From an uncultured delta proteobacterium (GTDB lineage Bacteria > Desulfobacterota > RBG-13-43-22): a stretch of 64,000 bases of DNA. Shown one piece after another: positions 9,841-20,194 of the stretch. The stretch spans positions 1,376,001-1,440,000 of the forward strand of contig CAWBOS010000012.1 in assembly GCA_963790475.1 (NCBI GenBank), in the 5' to 3' direction. Under the pieces are notes generated by a model, which made no database searches, was not told the origin of the DNA, and saw nothing but the letters and a program-made list of their open reading frames with translations. A program made the position numbers and the translations under genes. How positions within the stretch are numbered: the stretch's first letter is position 1; the number at the start of each line of letters is the position of its first letter.

Positions 9841-11163
9841 TTAAGAAAGGTGTTTCAGCTTCCGCCAGAGGGTAGTGGGATGGAGGCCCAGGGCTTTGGC
9901 GGCCAGGGTGCGGTTGCCATGATATTTATCCAGAGTCTGTTGAATCAATTCCTGCTCTTGGGCCTTCAGTTTTTTTTCAAAAGGAATTTGAGAATCGCTG
10001 CTCTCGGAAGTTCCTCCTTGGATCTCCGGAGGAAGGTGAGAGAGTTGAATAGTGGACCCGTGACAAAGCACGAAGGCGTGTTCAATGATATTTTCCAATT
10101 CCCGGATATTTCCAGGATAATCATATTGCATCAAGATTTGAAGGACTTTAGGGGATACCAGGGTAATTTTTTTACCGGTTCGGAGATTGAATTTATTAAT
10201 GAAATGGTCGATCAAAATGGGAATATCTTCACGGCGTTCTTTTAATGTAGGCAGGTCGATCTGGATCACTTTGAGCCGATAATAAAGATCATCTCTGAAT
10301 GAACCTTCAAGGACCAGCCGTTTAAGATTTTTATTGGTGGCCGAGATCACTCGGGCCTTAACCGGCTTGCTGACATTGGAACCCAAAGGCTCATAGGTCT
10401 TTTCCTGAAGCACCCTTAACAATTTGGCCTGCACCGTCAGCGGAAGGTCACCTATCTCATCCAAAAACAAAGTTCCGGAATCGGCCTGGGCAAATTTCCC
10501 GGGTTTGTCTTTTTTTGCATCGGTAAAAGCCCCGCGAACATAGCCGAAGAGCTCGGATTCAAGCAGGGTTTCCGGCAGGGCGCTGCAATTGATGGCCACG
10601 AAGGGTTTTTCTTTTCGGGGACTTAAGTTGTGTATGGCCTTGGCCAGCAGTTCTTTGCCGGAACCGCTGGGTCCCTGGATGAGAACGGCGCTGTCACTTT
10701 GGGCAATGTCCGGGAGATTATTAAATATTTTCTGCAAGGCCTCACTTTTACTGATAATGTCCTTTAGGGTATATTGTTTGGTGATTTCTTTACGAAGGGC
10801 CTCGATGGGGCTTAAATCCCGGAAGGTTTCGACCCCGCCAATCATCCTGTCTTGACCGTCTTTCAGAACGGCGGTTGTTACACTGATGGGGATAACCTTC
10901 CCCTGGGCATTAAGAATATTAACCGGCAAGTCCACTACAGTCTTGCCGGTTTTCAGGGTTCGAGCCAGGGCACAGGATTCCTGACATATATCAGCCTGAA
11001 ATATTTCAAAACATTTTTTGCCGATCGCTTCTTCCCTGGAAAATCCGGTTATACTTTCTGCTGCCTGATTGAAGGAGGTGATCACCCGGTCTTTGTTGAT
11101 AGTAAAGACCCCTTCAGTAATACTGTCTAAGATGATTCTTAAAAAGGCAGGAGATGACTTCAT
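9841..11163 (-). CDS. PAS-domain sigma54-dependent transcriptional activator (OrpR-like)
   Basis: PAS with C-x8-C-xxx-C, GPSGSGKE, ESELFG, GAFTDA, FLDEIG, C-terminal Fis HTH. Confidence 0.92.
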   Translation of the reverse strand: MKSSPAFLRIILDSITEGVFTINKDRVITSFNQAAESITGFSREEAIGKKCFEIFQADICQESCALARTLKTGKTVVDLPVNILNAQGKVIPISVTTAVLKDGQDRMIGGVETFRDLSPIEALRKEITKQYTLKDIISKSEALQKIFNNLPDIAQSDSAVLIQGPSGSGKELLAKAIHNLSPRKEKPFVAINCSALPETLLESELFGYVRGAFTDAKKDKPGKFAQADSGTLFLDEIGDLPLTVQAKLLRVLQEKTYEPLGSNVSKPVKARVISATNKNLKRLVLEGSFRDDLYYRLKVIQIDLPTLKERREDIPILIDHFINKFNLRTGKKITLVSPKVLQILMQYDYPGNIRELENIIEHAFVLCHGSTIQLSHLPPEIQGGTSESSDSQIPFEKKLKAQEQELIQQTLDKYHGNRTLAAKALGLHPTTLWRKLKHLS

Positions 11164-11362
11164 TGTCACATTATTATCGTTTTGGCGACCTTTTTCAAGT
11201 TCTTATTTTATCAAAAAAAACTAAAGTTGACTTATAATTTAATTGCGATAAACCCAGTTCATGGTATATATAAAAAAATAAACGTTAGATCTCTCCAGTT
11301 GTATCTGGAGGGGAGGCAGAACGGGGAAATCGCTCGATTGCTACCCATATTTAGGGGGATTT

Positions 11363-13057
11363 GTGTTTTTCAAAATAAGTCTTTATAGCGCATTGATTCT
11401 TTTCGGGATCGGGACCTGTATCAAGGTCATGATGTGGTTTCGAAAGAGGACTGGCGACCCGTCCGAAAGAATATCCGCGGGTAAACGCTTTTCCGAGGCA
11501 GTTAAAGGGATTTTCTCCGCGTTGTTCAGTCTGAAATTGTTTCGGTTGATCAAGGTCTGGTTCATGGAAATCCTGGTTCAAAAGCAGATCGGGCGGGAAG
11601 GATTTGTACGCTGGTTCATGCATTTTTGCATCGCTTACGGCTTTATCTCCTTGCTTTTAATGCATGCCCTGGATCGTTTCGTCAGCCAAAAACTGTTCCC
11701 CGGATACTATAGTCCGGAGTTGTCAGCCCTAAATCCAATCAATCCTTTCCTTTTTCTTAGGAACCTCTTCGGGGCCATGATGCTGGTAGGCTTGGCTATT
11801 GCCGCTTATCGCCGGATTTTTAATCGGACCATGCGACTGACTACTCGGTGGGTCGACATCTATGCTTTAATTATTCTGACTTTGATAGCTCTTTCGGGAT
11901 TTTTCCTGGAGGCCGCCAAAATTGTTTCCCACGAACGGTATGAAGAAATGGTTACTGGTTTTTCTTCCGTTTCCGATGAACAGGAGGCTGCGGCCTTGAG
12001 GGCCTATTGGGCCAAAGAATATGCTGTAGTGTTCCCTAATGCTCCCCTGATGGACGCTGCATCCATAGCCAAAGGACAAGAAGTTCATGTCAATAATTGT
12101 GCCTCCTGTCATTCCCGGCCGACCGCGGCCTTTGTGTCTTTTGGTCTGGCCAAAACGATCAGTCCTTTAGCCCTTACCTTGAGTCAGAAAAGCATCAGAG
12201 AGTCTCTCTTATATTTCCATTTCCTAGTCTGTTTTGTGGGCCTGGCCTTATTGCCTTTCACCAAATTTTTTCACATCCTGGTCAGTCCCCTGTCGCTTCT
12301 GATCAACGGGGTGATGGATCGGACTAAGGCCTCTCCCGCCAATATCGCCACGGTTCGGGCCATTGAACTGGACGCTTGTATGCACTGCGCCACCTGCAGT
12401 ATCCATTGTTCCGTGGGACCTATATACCAGCAAATCTCCAATATCAATATTTTTCCTTCTGAAAAATTATCGGCTTTAAACTCTTTGGTCTCAAAAAATG
12501 GCGCATCCCTTTCAGTTCTTCCGACAATAAGGTTGGGAGATTCAATCTGCACCCGGTGCTATCGCTGCACTGCCGTATGCCCGGCGGGTATTGTCCTTCA
12601 AGATCAGTGGTTCCATCTGGATAAAGATTTGACCAGTCTGGGAAGCCCTGAACCTTTCATTCAGTTACGAGACGCTGTTAAATCAAAATTTGATTCAGAT
12701 CGAAAAAAAGTCGTTATCCCCTTATCGACTTCAGGTAAGAAATTTATGCAGGGAGTGGGCCTTTCCAGCCAGGGCAGTACCTTTAATAATTGTTTTACCT
12801 GTATGACCTGTTCCAATGCCTGTCCCGTGGTGGTCAATTTTCAATATCCGAGAGAAAGTCTGGGATTGATGCCCCATCAGATCATGTACAGTCTTAAGTT
12901 TGGTCTGCAGGATAACGTCTTGGGAGCCGGGATGGTCTGGGACTGTCTGGGCTGTTATAATTGCCAGCAGAACTGCCCCCAGGGGGTCAGGGTGACGGAT
13001 ATCCTTTTTGAACTTAAAAATATAGCCTTTCAACGTGCCGGGGGTGAGAGGATTTAG
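11363..13057 (+). CDS. Membrane redox protein: NarI/HdrE-like TM domain + CxxCH heme-c motif + four 4Fe-4S motifs (HdrC-like C-terminus)
   Basis: RWFMH, CASCH, FHF..PFTKFFH, CMHCATCSIHC, CTRCYRCTAVCP, CFTCMTCSNACP, WDCLGCYNCQQNCPQGV. Confidence 0.8.
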   Translation: MFFKISLYSALILFGIGTCIKVMMWFRKRTGDPSERISAGKRFSEAVKGIFSALFSLKLFRLIKVWFMEILVQKQIGREGFVRWFMHFCIAYGFISLLLMHALDRFVSQKLFPGYYSPELSALNPINPFLFLRNLFGAMMLVGLAIAAYRRIFNRTMRLTTRWVDIYALIILTLIALSGFFLEAAKIVSHERYEEMVTGFSSVSDEQEAAALRAYWAKEYAVVFPNAPLMDAASIAKGQEVHVNNCASCHSRPTAAFVSFGLAKTISPLALTLSQKSIRESLLYFHFLVCFVGLALLPFTKFFHILVSPLSLLINGVMDRTKASPANIATVRAIELDACMHCATCSIHCSVGPIYQQISNINIFPSEKLSALNSLVSKNGASLSVLPTIRLGDSICTRCYRCTAVCPAGIVLQDQWFHLDKDLTSLGSPEPFIQLRDAVKSKFDSDRKKVVIPLSTSGKKFMQGVGLSSQGSTFNNCFTCMTCSNACPVVVNFQYPRESLGLMPHQIMYSLKFGLQDNVLGAGMVWDCLGCYNCQQNCPQGVRVTDILFELKNIAFQRAGGERI

Positions 13058-13167
13058 TCGAAACATATGCTCGGTGTTCAGCGTTCACGTTGATTGAAAG
13101 TATTAGGCCTCCTCTTTATTCGATCTGGAATGATGGACCCGCAAAGAGCCGTCGAAAATTCAATTTC

Positions 13168-13268
13168 GTCATTCTGGCGAATCCCGGATTATGTCCGGGG
13201 CAGGCTCTAGAATCCGGCAAATTTATCCCGCTGTTGGCGGGACTGGACCCCGGCTTTCGGCGGGGTGA
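13168..13268. repeat. REP/dRS3-like palindromic element, copy 2
   Basis: GTCATTCTGGCG...AGAATCCGG ... CTGGACCCCGGCTTTCGGCGGGGTGA. Confidence 0.7.
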
Positions 13269-13330
13269 AAGCGTTAGTGAATTTTTCCCAAGCTGTTAGA
13301 TTATCTGTGCGACCTTAGAGGATATCGATT

Positions 13331-14182
13331 ATGAAAATGTTATTGTTCCCCGGGTGCAAAGTCCCTTACTATGTCCCCCAATATGAAATCTCCAGCCGTT
13401 TGGTCCTTAATACATTCGGTGTCGAAATTGAAGATATCGAATTCAATTGCTGCGGATATCCCATCCGCTTTCTGGACTTCAAAGCTTTCCTCTTTTCCTC
13501 AGCCCGTAATATCGCCCTGGCCGGTGAAAAAGGGTTATCGATATTGTGTCTTTGCAAGTGTTGTTACGGGACCCTGCGATACGCGGATCTTTTATTGAAG
13601 CAACAGGTCGATCTTAGGAATGAAATCAATAGATTGTTGAAGGATGAAGGTCTCCGTTATCCGGAGCAGGTGGAAATAAAACATCTGCTAAACGTCTTTT
13701 ATGACGATCTCGGTCCGGAAAATATTCAGAAAAAAATTATCCGACCCTTTAAGTCCCTCAAGGTTGCCGCTCATTATGGATGTCATATTTTGCGTCCACA
13801 CGATGTGGTAAAATTTGATAGTCCGACGAATCCGACCAAATTTGAGAAACTCATCGAGGTGACCGGAGCGAAGAGTGTTGACTGGTCCCTAAGACTCCAA
13901 TGCTGCGGAGATCCCCTGAACGGGAAAAACGATACCTTGGCCCGGGAACTGGGGGAAAAAAAGATGAAATCCGCCGCACAGGCCGGGGCCGATTTGATTT
14001 GTGTCGGCTGTACTCATTGCCAGATGCAGTTCGATAAGATCGGAACTGCGATACGGGAACAGGATAAGGCCGAAACCGTGCCCCCGGCCCTTCTCTACCC
14101 TCAATTGCTGGGCCTGGGCTTGGGATTGGAGGCTGCGGCCCTGGGAATTGATCAATCCAGGTTGGATATTGCTGACCTGTAG
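13331..14182 (+). CDS. hdrB: Heterodisulfide reductase subunit B-like (two CCG domains)
   Basis: FPGC, FNCCG, CKCC, HYGCH, QCCG, CTHC motifs. Confidence 0.85.
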   Translation: MKMLLFPGCKVPYYVPQYEISSRLVLNTFGVEIEDIEFNCCGYPIRFLDFKAFLFSSARNIALAGEKGLSILCLCKCCYGTLRYADLLLKQQVDLRNEINRLLKDEGLRYPEQVEIKHLLNVFYDDLGPENIQKKIIRPFKSLKVAAHYGCHILRPHDVVKFDSPTNPTKFEKLIEVTGAKSVDWSLRLQCCGDPLNGKNDTLARELGEKKMKSAAQAGADLICVGCTHCQMQFDKIGTAIREQDKAETVPPALLYPQLLGLGLGLEAAALGIDQSRLDIADL

Positions 14183-14534
14183 GGGGAGGTTTTGAGGAGA
14201 AAAGCTGCCTGGGTAATTGTATTAATCCTTCAACCGGCAATCATCAAGCGGTATCAAATTTTCTGGTCCCCTGTTCAAAACTTTATATGGCCTTAACCAA
14301 GATGCCCATCAACCTTGACATTTCATTTTGTGTTTTACACATTGACGCCGAATTTCAATAAACTGTTTTTTGTTCACTTAGAAACGGCCTCTCTATCTCT
14401 TTCAACTGATGGTGATCAGGTTTTTAGAAATGTATCAAATAAGTTTAGGTTTGAAACAAACCAAAGTCATTAGTTAGACTTGTGTTAGGTATCCATTTGC
14501 TCCTGTCGTTCTTTCTTTAAAAGGGGAGTGGTTC

Positions 14535-16229
14535 ATGCTCTTCTCAATCAGTTTATACACCGCCCTGATCCTTTGTGGAGCAGGGTTGATTTATAAAGTT
14601 CTCTCCTGGTTCCGATATCCGATAAACAATCATGCCCAACGGATTACAACAGCCGGAAGGGTTTCGGCCGCAGCCAAGGGGGTGATTTCCAGTCTTTTCA
14701 GTATCAAAATTCTTTCCATGATCAAAATTTTTTTCCTGGACGTACTTCTTCTGGCACGGCTCCGGAGAGAAAGCTTCCTTCGGTGGTTAATTCACTTGTG
14801 TATTTTCGGCGGTTTCATGTTCTTACTGCTGATGCATGCCTTGGACCAATATGTGACCAAGAAGCTTTTCAGTGAATATACTTCAACCTTGAATCCTTTT
14901 CTCTTTTTACGAAATCTTTTTGGGGCCTTGGTTCTGTTGGGGCTGGTCTTGGCTTTATGGCGGCGAATATCCGACCGGGTCATGCGTTTGACTACCCGGG
15001 GTGGGGATATCTATGCCTTGCTTCTTCTTTTCTTAATTATTCTTTCGGGTTTTTTATTGGAGGCTGTTAAAATCGTTTCCTATCAGCGATATGAAGAAAT
15101 GGTTTCCGAATATTCCTCCATATCCGATGAGAAAGAGGCCAAAGCTTTAAAAGCCTATTGGACTAAGGAATTTGCCGTAGTTTTTCCTCAGACCCCTTCT
15201 TTGGATTCCAGCACCCTGAAAAAAGGTCGGGAAGTCCATATCCTCAATTGTGCCTCCTGTCATTCAAAGCCTTCATCCGCTTTTGTATCTTATGGCTTGG
15301 CTAAGGGGATGAGTTCCATGGCTCTTGTTTTAAGCCGGAAAGATATCAGGGATTTACTATGGTATTTCCATTTCTTGGCTTCTTTTATCGGTCTGGCTTT
15401 ATTGCCTTTCACCAAATTTTTTCATATTTTTACCAGTCCCTTGGTGCTTTTGATTAACGGGGTAATGGACCGTGCCAAAGCCCTGCCGGCCAACATCGCA
15501 ACTATTCGGGCCATTGAGCTGGATGCCTGCACCAATTGCGCAATTTGCACCCAGCATTGTGCGGTCAGGCCGATCCTTCGGCACATCCCGAACTTAACTA
15601 TTTTGTCTTCAGAAAAATTGGGCGCTTTTAAATCCGTAGCTTTTCGAAAAAAAAATTTCCTCAAAAAACTCTCCCATTTTCAGGAAGGGGCTTCCATTTG
15701 TACCGGATGTTATCGAGGCACTATATACTGCCCGGTCAGCATTGACCTCCAGAATATGTGGTTTAATCTGAGAGAGAACTTGGACAGCCTGGGATGCCCA
15801 GAACTCTTTACCCGGACAAGAAATGCTTTCAAAATTAAATTTGAGGCCGAGAGTGGGAAAACCGTTTTTCCATTAACCAGTTCCGAAAAAAATTTCAAAA
15901 AAGAGATGGGTCTATCCTTCCAGGGCAGTACCTTTAATGCCTGTTTTACCTGCATGACCTGTTCTAATTCCTGTCCGGTGGTATTCAATTGTAAAAAACC
16001 TATGGAAGAATTGGGGTTACTGCCTCACCAAATCATGTATAGTTTGAAATTCGGCATTCAGGATAGCATCCTCGGGGCTGGAATGGTCTGGGACTGTCTG
16101 GGTTGTTATAATTGTCAGGAGAACTGTCCGCAAGGGGTCCGGGTGACGGATATACTTTTTGAACTGAAAAATTTCGCTTTTCAAAAGGCCAGGCATGAAG
16201 AGGACCAATCGAAAGTAACGGCTTCGTAA
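14535..16229 (+). CDS. Paralog of 11363-13057 (membrane heme-c/FeS HdrC-like protein); one cluster Cys lost
   Basis: Colinear with the first copy; CASCH retained; second motif reads CTGCYRGTIYCP. Confidence 0.8.
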   Translation: MLFSISLYTALILCGAGLIYKVLSWFRYPINNHAQRITTAGRVSAAAKGVISSLFSIKILSMIKIFFLDVLLLARLRRESFLRWLIHLCIFGGFMFLLLMHALDQYVTKKLFSEYTSTLNPFLFLRNLFGALVLLGLVLALWRRISDRVMRLTTRGGDIYALLLLFLIILSGFLLEAVKIVSYQRYEEMVSEYSSISDEKEAKALKAYWTKEFAVVFPQTPSLDSSTLKKGREVHILNCASCHSKPSSAFVSYGLAKGMSSMALVLSRKDIRDLLWYFHFLASFIGLALLPFTKFFHIFTSPLVLLINGVMDRAKALPANIATIRAIELDACTNCAICTQHCAVRPILRHIPNLTILSSEKLGAFKSVAFRKKNFLKKLSHFQEGASICTGCYRGTIYCPVSIDLQNMWFNLRENLDSLGCPELFTRTRNAFKIKFEAESGKTVFPLTSSEKNFKKEMGLSFQGSTFNACFTCMTCSNSCPVVFNCKKPMEELGLLPHQIMYSLKFGIQDSILGAGMVWDCLGCYNCQENCPQGVRVTDILFELKNFAFQKARHEEDQSKVTAS

Positions 16230-16239
16230 AAAGTCCATC

Positions 16240-16435
16240 TGTCCAGAGCTTCGCGGGATTGCACTGGGGCCAGATACAATTTGACCGGATTGGAACAAAC
16301 CTGCTTGAACAGGGGGACACCCAGGCCGTCTTGCCTTCCCTTCTTTACCCTCAATTGCTGGGCCTGGGCTTGGGACTGGAGGCAGCGGCCCTGGGAATTG
16401 ATGAAAACAAAAAGGAGTTAAAGGGTCTGTTTTAA
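16240..16435 (+). pseudogene. C-terminal remnant of a second hdrB
   Basis: ccttctttaccctcaattgctgggcctgggcttgggactggaggcagcggccctgggaattgat is nearly identical to 14089-14152; reads QIQFDRIG...LLYPQLLGLGLGLEAAALGID. Confidence 0.8.
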
Positions 16436-16701
16436 TTCGAAAATATTATTCGTTGCTAAGTCCCGCAAAGTGAGATTCATCGAAATCCATTTTCATTGTT
16501 CGTGGTGCCCTCTTTAAGTTGAGTTTCCGTCTAATCAGACCAACGAGAAGGTCAATCAAGGGTTTTAATTTTAATCCGTGATCAAATGCGATGGAATTTT
16601 TTTGGACACTCCGATGGCAATAGCCGGTATATTTTTTGGCAGATGAAAATTTGGCGGGGCATTTATTGTCAGTACATCGCCCCCCTATCTTTGATGAATT
16701 C

Positions 16702-17328
16702 TTAACTTGTTATTAGAAAAATCCCGTAAGTGGCTCGAAGATTGGCAAGATAGCTGATTAATCTTCCGTTCTTATCCTTATCCTGGGTGTTGATGGCGGC
16801 CGATTTGATAATTCTAAATCCGACTTTTCTTGAAAATCGTTCAAAATCTTTGATCGTGATGACCCGTATATTGGGGGTATCATACCATTGATAGGGAAGT
16901 TGGGGAGTAACCGGCGCGTAACCTTTGACCATTAATTGCAGACGAACCTGCCAATGACTGAAATTGGGGAAACTGACAATCCCATTTTTACCGATTCGCA
17001 GAATAGATTGGATCAGTTGGTCCGGTTCGAAAACCTGCTGAAGGGTTTGACTCAGAATGACATAATCAAAGGCCTTATCCGGAAAATCGAGCACCTCGGC
17101 GTTGATATCTCCTTGAAGGACCGAGAGGCCCTTGGCAATGCAGCTAGCCACTTTTTCTTCTTCTTTTTCTATCCCCGTCCCCTCCACCCGCTGGTGTTTT
17201 TTTAGAAAATCAAGCAGATTTCCGTCCCCGCATCCGAGATCAAGGACCTTGGAACCCGTCTCAATCCAGGAGGCAATCAGTTGGAGGTCGAAACGAATCC
17301 CGTTGTTCTCAAATTTCATGATAGACAC
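16702..17328 (-). CDS. metW: Methionine biosynthesis protein MetW
   Basis: VLDLGCGDG, FDYVILSQTLQ, SFPNF, LPYQWYDTPNI. Confidence 0.92.
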   Translation of the reverse strand: MSIMKFENNGIRFDLQLIASWIETGSKVLDLGCGDGNLLDFLKKHQRVEGTGIEKEEEKVASCIAKGLSVLQGDINAEVLDFPDKAFDYVILSQTLQQVFEPDQLIQSILRIGKNGIVSFPNFSHWQVRLQLMVKGYAPVTPQLPYQWYDTPNIRVITIKDFERFSRKVGFRIIKSAAINTQDKDKNGRLISYLANLRATYGIFLITS

Positions 17329-18469
17329 GGTCTAAAAATCCCTTGATCAAATCGGTCAAACGCTGGCTGGGCAGGAGAAAGGCATCATGACCCCATTCGG
17401 CTTCAATTTCACAGAAGCTGACATCCAGCCCGTTTTTTTTCAAGGCCCGGACAATGGCTTTGGATTGATAGGTGGGATAAAGCCAATCGGAGGTGAAGGA
17501 AACCACCAGGAATTTTGCCTGGGACTTGGAAAAGGCCCGAACGGTCGATCCACCGTCGTGCTGCAACCCCAGCTCGAAATAGTCAGCGGCCTTGGTGATG
17601 TATAGAAAAGAATTGGCATCGAACCGTTCCACAAATTTGGTCCCTTGGTAGCGCAGGTAGCTTTCCACCTGGAAATCAGCGTCGAAATTATAAGAAAAAT
17701 CATTTTTATCCTGAAGCCTGCGCCCGAATTTGAGGCGCATGGATTCGTCGGAAAGATAGGTGATATGTCCGATCATCCGGGCCACGGCCAGACCCAGTGA
17801 CGGCTTTTTCCCCGAATAATAATCTCCTTTATTCCAGTTGGGATCGGCCATGATCGATTGCCTGGCCACTTCGTTGAAGGCAATGGCCAGCGCCGAATGC
17901 TTAGTGGTCGTTGCCAGGGGTATGGCCGAGGAGACCATTTCTGGAAATCGGATCGCCCAATCCAGGACCTGCATCCCTCCGATAGACCCTCCAATAACCG
18001 AGAGGAGTTTTTTGACGCCGAGATGGTCAAGGAGATGTTTTTGGGCTGTGACCATATCGCCAACGGTGACTACCGGAAAATCCAGTCCGTAAGGTTTGTC
18101 GCCTTGGGGATCGTGGGAAGAAGGCCCGGTGGAGCCCATACAGCTGCCCAGGATATTGGAACAGATGACGAAGTATTTATCGGTATCAATCCCTTTCCCC
18201 GGACCGACCATATTATCCCACCACCCCGGCTTGGGATCCTCCGGGGAGTAATAACCGGCGGCATGGGAGTCCCCGGAAAGGGCATGGAGGATCAGGATTA
18301 CGTTATTCTTTCTAAAAGTTCCATAGGTTTCATAAGCCAGGGTTATTGGTCCCAGACGGGTACCGCATTCCAGAACCAACGCCTGGGGCGGTTCGGCAAA
18401 GGTGAAATATTTTTTCTCCACCAACCCTACTGAAATGCCCTGGGGGTCATTTTCAATATATTCGCTCAA
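17309..18469 (-). CDS. metX: Homoserine O-acetyltransferase
   Basis: HALSGDSH, GWWD, GGSIGG, RFDAN, GHDAFL; TTG start overlaps the metY stop. Confidence 0.92.
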   Translation of the reverse strand: MSEYIENDPQGISVGLVEKKYFTFAEPPQALVLECGTRLGPITLAYETYGTFRKNNVILILHALSGDSHAAGYYSPEDPKPGWWDNMVGPGKGIDTDKYFVICSNILGSCMGSTGPSSHDPQGDKPYGLDFPVVTVGDMVTAQKHLLDHLGVKKLLSVIGGSIGGMQVLDWAIRFPEMVSSAIPLATTTKHSALAIAFNEVARQSIMADPNWNKGDYYSGKKPSLGLAVARMIGHITYLSDESMRLKFGRRLQDKNDFSYNFDADFQVESYLRYQGTKFVERFDANSFLYITKAADYFELGLQHDGGSTVRAFSKSQAKFLVVSFTSDWLYPTYQSKAIVRALKKNGLDVSFCEIEAEWGHDAFLLPSQRLTDLIKGFLDRVYHEI

Positions 18470-19728
18470 CGGGGCAGCCCTTCCAAGGCCTGGGCGAGGT
18501 CCTGGCAAAGGTCTTCGGCATCCTCGATCCCGACGGATAAACGGATCATATCCGACCCAATCCCCAGGCTATGCCTGGTTCTCTCATCAAAGGAAACATA
18601 TTGGGAAGATGCCGGATGGATCACCAGGGTTTTACAATCGCCCAGATTGGCTAATTGATAAATCAACCGCAGACCGGAAATAAATTTAAAGCAAGCCGCC
18701 TGATCTTTTAAGCCGAAGGTAATCATGCCCCCGAACCCTTTACCTTGAAATTCTTTCGCGGCTACAAGGTGGGAAGGACTTTCTATAAAGCCCGGATAGT
18801 TAATCCAGGTGACCTCAGGTCTGCTTTTTAGATACCCGGCTAAAAGGGAGGTGTTTTTCTGGATCCGTTCCAGTCGCAAGGCCAGGGTATCCAGTCCCAG
18901 TATGGTCAGATAGGAATGAAAAGGAGACTGGGTCGTGCCGAAGTTGATATGGTATTCCCGCCAGATCTTATCCAGAAAGGCCAGAGGGCCTTTGCGATCA
19001 AGAAAGGGTTTGAAATCGGGGAACCGATCCCCGGACCAGTCGAATTTCCCTTGATCGATCACCACTCCTCCCACGGCGGCTCCATGGCCACTCAGATATT
19101 TGGTGGTGGAATGGATGACCACATCGGCTCCATACTCAAAGGGACGGCACAGGTATGGAGTGGCCAGGGTATTGTCCACAATCAAAGGAATCCCCCCCTG
19201 ATGGGCTATTTGGGCAATCTCCCTGATGTTCGGGACATCCAGCTTGGGGTTGCCGATGGTTTCCACAAAGACAAACCGGGTTTTTTCATTAACCGCCTCG
19301 GCGATGGCTTTGGTATTGGTCGGTTCGACCATCCGGGCGGTCAGGTTGTATTTGGAAAACACCTTGTTAAAAAGCATATAGGTGGACATGAACAGAGAAT
19401 TTCCGGTGATGAACTCGTCCCCGGCCCGGAGTAAAGCCATACAGGTGTTGGCCACGGCGGCCATGCCGGAGGCCATGACAATGGCCCCCTGGCCCCCTTC
19501 CAATAGAGTCAACTTGTTTTCCAGAACACGGTTGGTGGGGTTGGTCAAGCGCATGTAAATGTGATCGGTTGTTTGCCCGGCAAAGGTCTGGCTTAGATTC
19601 TCGGCGGTCGGATGGAGGTGTGAAGCAGTCTGGAAGATGGGGGGCAGGGTTGCCCCTTCCCAGGATTCCGGAGATTGTCCGGCGTGGATGACCTGGGTAT
19701 CAAAGCGATAGGAATTTTTAGGGGCCAT
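18466..19728 (-). CDS. metY: O-acetylhomoserine aminocarboxypropyltransferase / sulfhydrylase
   Basis: YMRLTNPT, ASGMAA, DNT, HSTTKYLSGHG, ANLGD..L.IHPAS, RLSVGIE. Confidence 0.85.
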   Translation of the reverse strand: MAPKNSYRFDTQVIHAGQSPESWEGATLPPIFQTASHLHPTAENLSQTFAGQTTDHIYMRLTNPTNRVLENKLTLLEGGQGAIVMASGMAAVANTCMALLRAGDEFITGNSLFMSTYMLFNKVFSKYNLTARMVEPTNTKAIAEAVNEKTRFVFVETIGNPKLDVPNIREIAQIAHQGGIPLIVDNTLATPYLCRPFEYGADVVIHSTTKYLSGHGAAVGGVVIDQGKFDWSGDRFPDFKPFLDRKGPLAFLDKIWREYHINFGTTQSPFHSYLTILGLDTLALRLERIQKNTSLLAGYLKSRPEVTWINYPGFIESPSHLVAAKEFQGKGFGGMITFGLKDQAACFKFISGLRLIYQLANLGDCKTLVIHPASSQYVSFDERTRHSLGIGSDMIRLSVGIEDAEDLCQDLAQALEGLPR

Positions 19729-19772
19729 GATTGATTACCTCCGATTTTTCGGTTCGTCCGGGGTAGGACTTT

Positions 19773-20153
19773 TTAATAAACGAAAATAGGATTAAAAACT
19801 TTGCAATTCTTACATACCTGAATTTTTTCGTTCCAGCTTTTATGAACTACTCCTTGGCAAAGGGTGCCGGAGATAAACCAGCACAAATGACCGGTCTTAA
19901 ACCTCCAGGCCGGACAATTTTTTTTCCTTTCCGATGGGCAACTTTTTTGGACCCAGCAAGGTTGAAGAGTTCCCTTCCCGAATATTTGACGAGAGATTAA
20001 AAAGAGAACCTGGCGTTCCACATTTTCAGGAACATTGCGCCATCCTTGTTCATAACTGCTGACGGCCTTGATTGAAGTAATTAATAATTGAGCTAATTCT
20101 TTTTGGGTCAGCCTTAATTTTTTCCGGTAATAAACCAGTTTTTCACTATCCAT
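19773..20153 (-). CDS. XRE-type HTH regulator with C-terminal Cys-rich two-CW domain
   Basis: LTQKELAQLL...VSSYEQGWR; CW..C..CPAW..CW..GTLC..C..C. Confidence 0.75.
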   Translation of the reverse strand: MDSEKLVYYRKKLRLTQKELAQLLITSIKAVSSYEQGWRNVPENVERQVLFLISRQIFGKGTLQPCWVQKSCPSERKKNCPAWRFKTGHLCWFISGTLCQGVVHKSWNEKIQVCKNCKVFNPIFVY

Positions 20154-20194
20154 AACAGGACCAAATATAAGGGGCTAAAATTTATTTCAAGACA

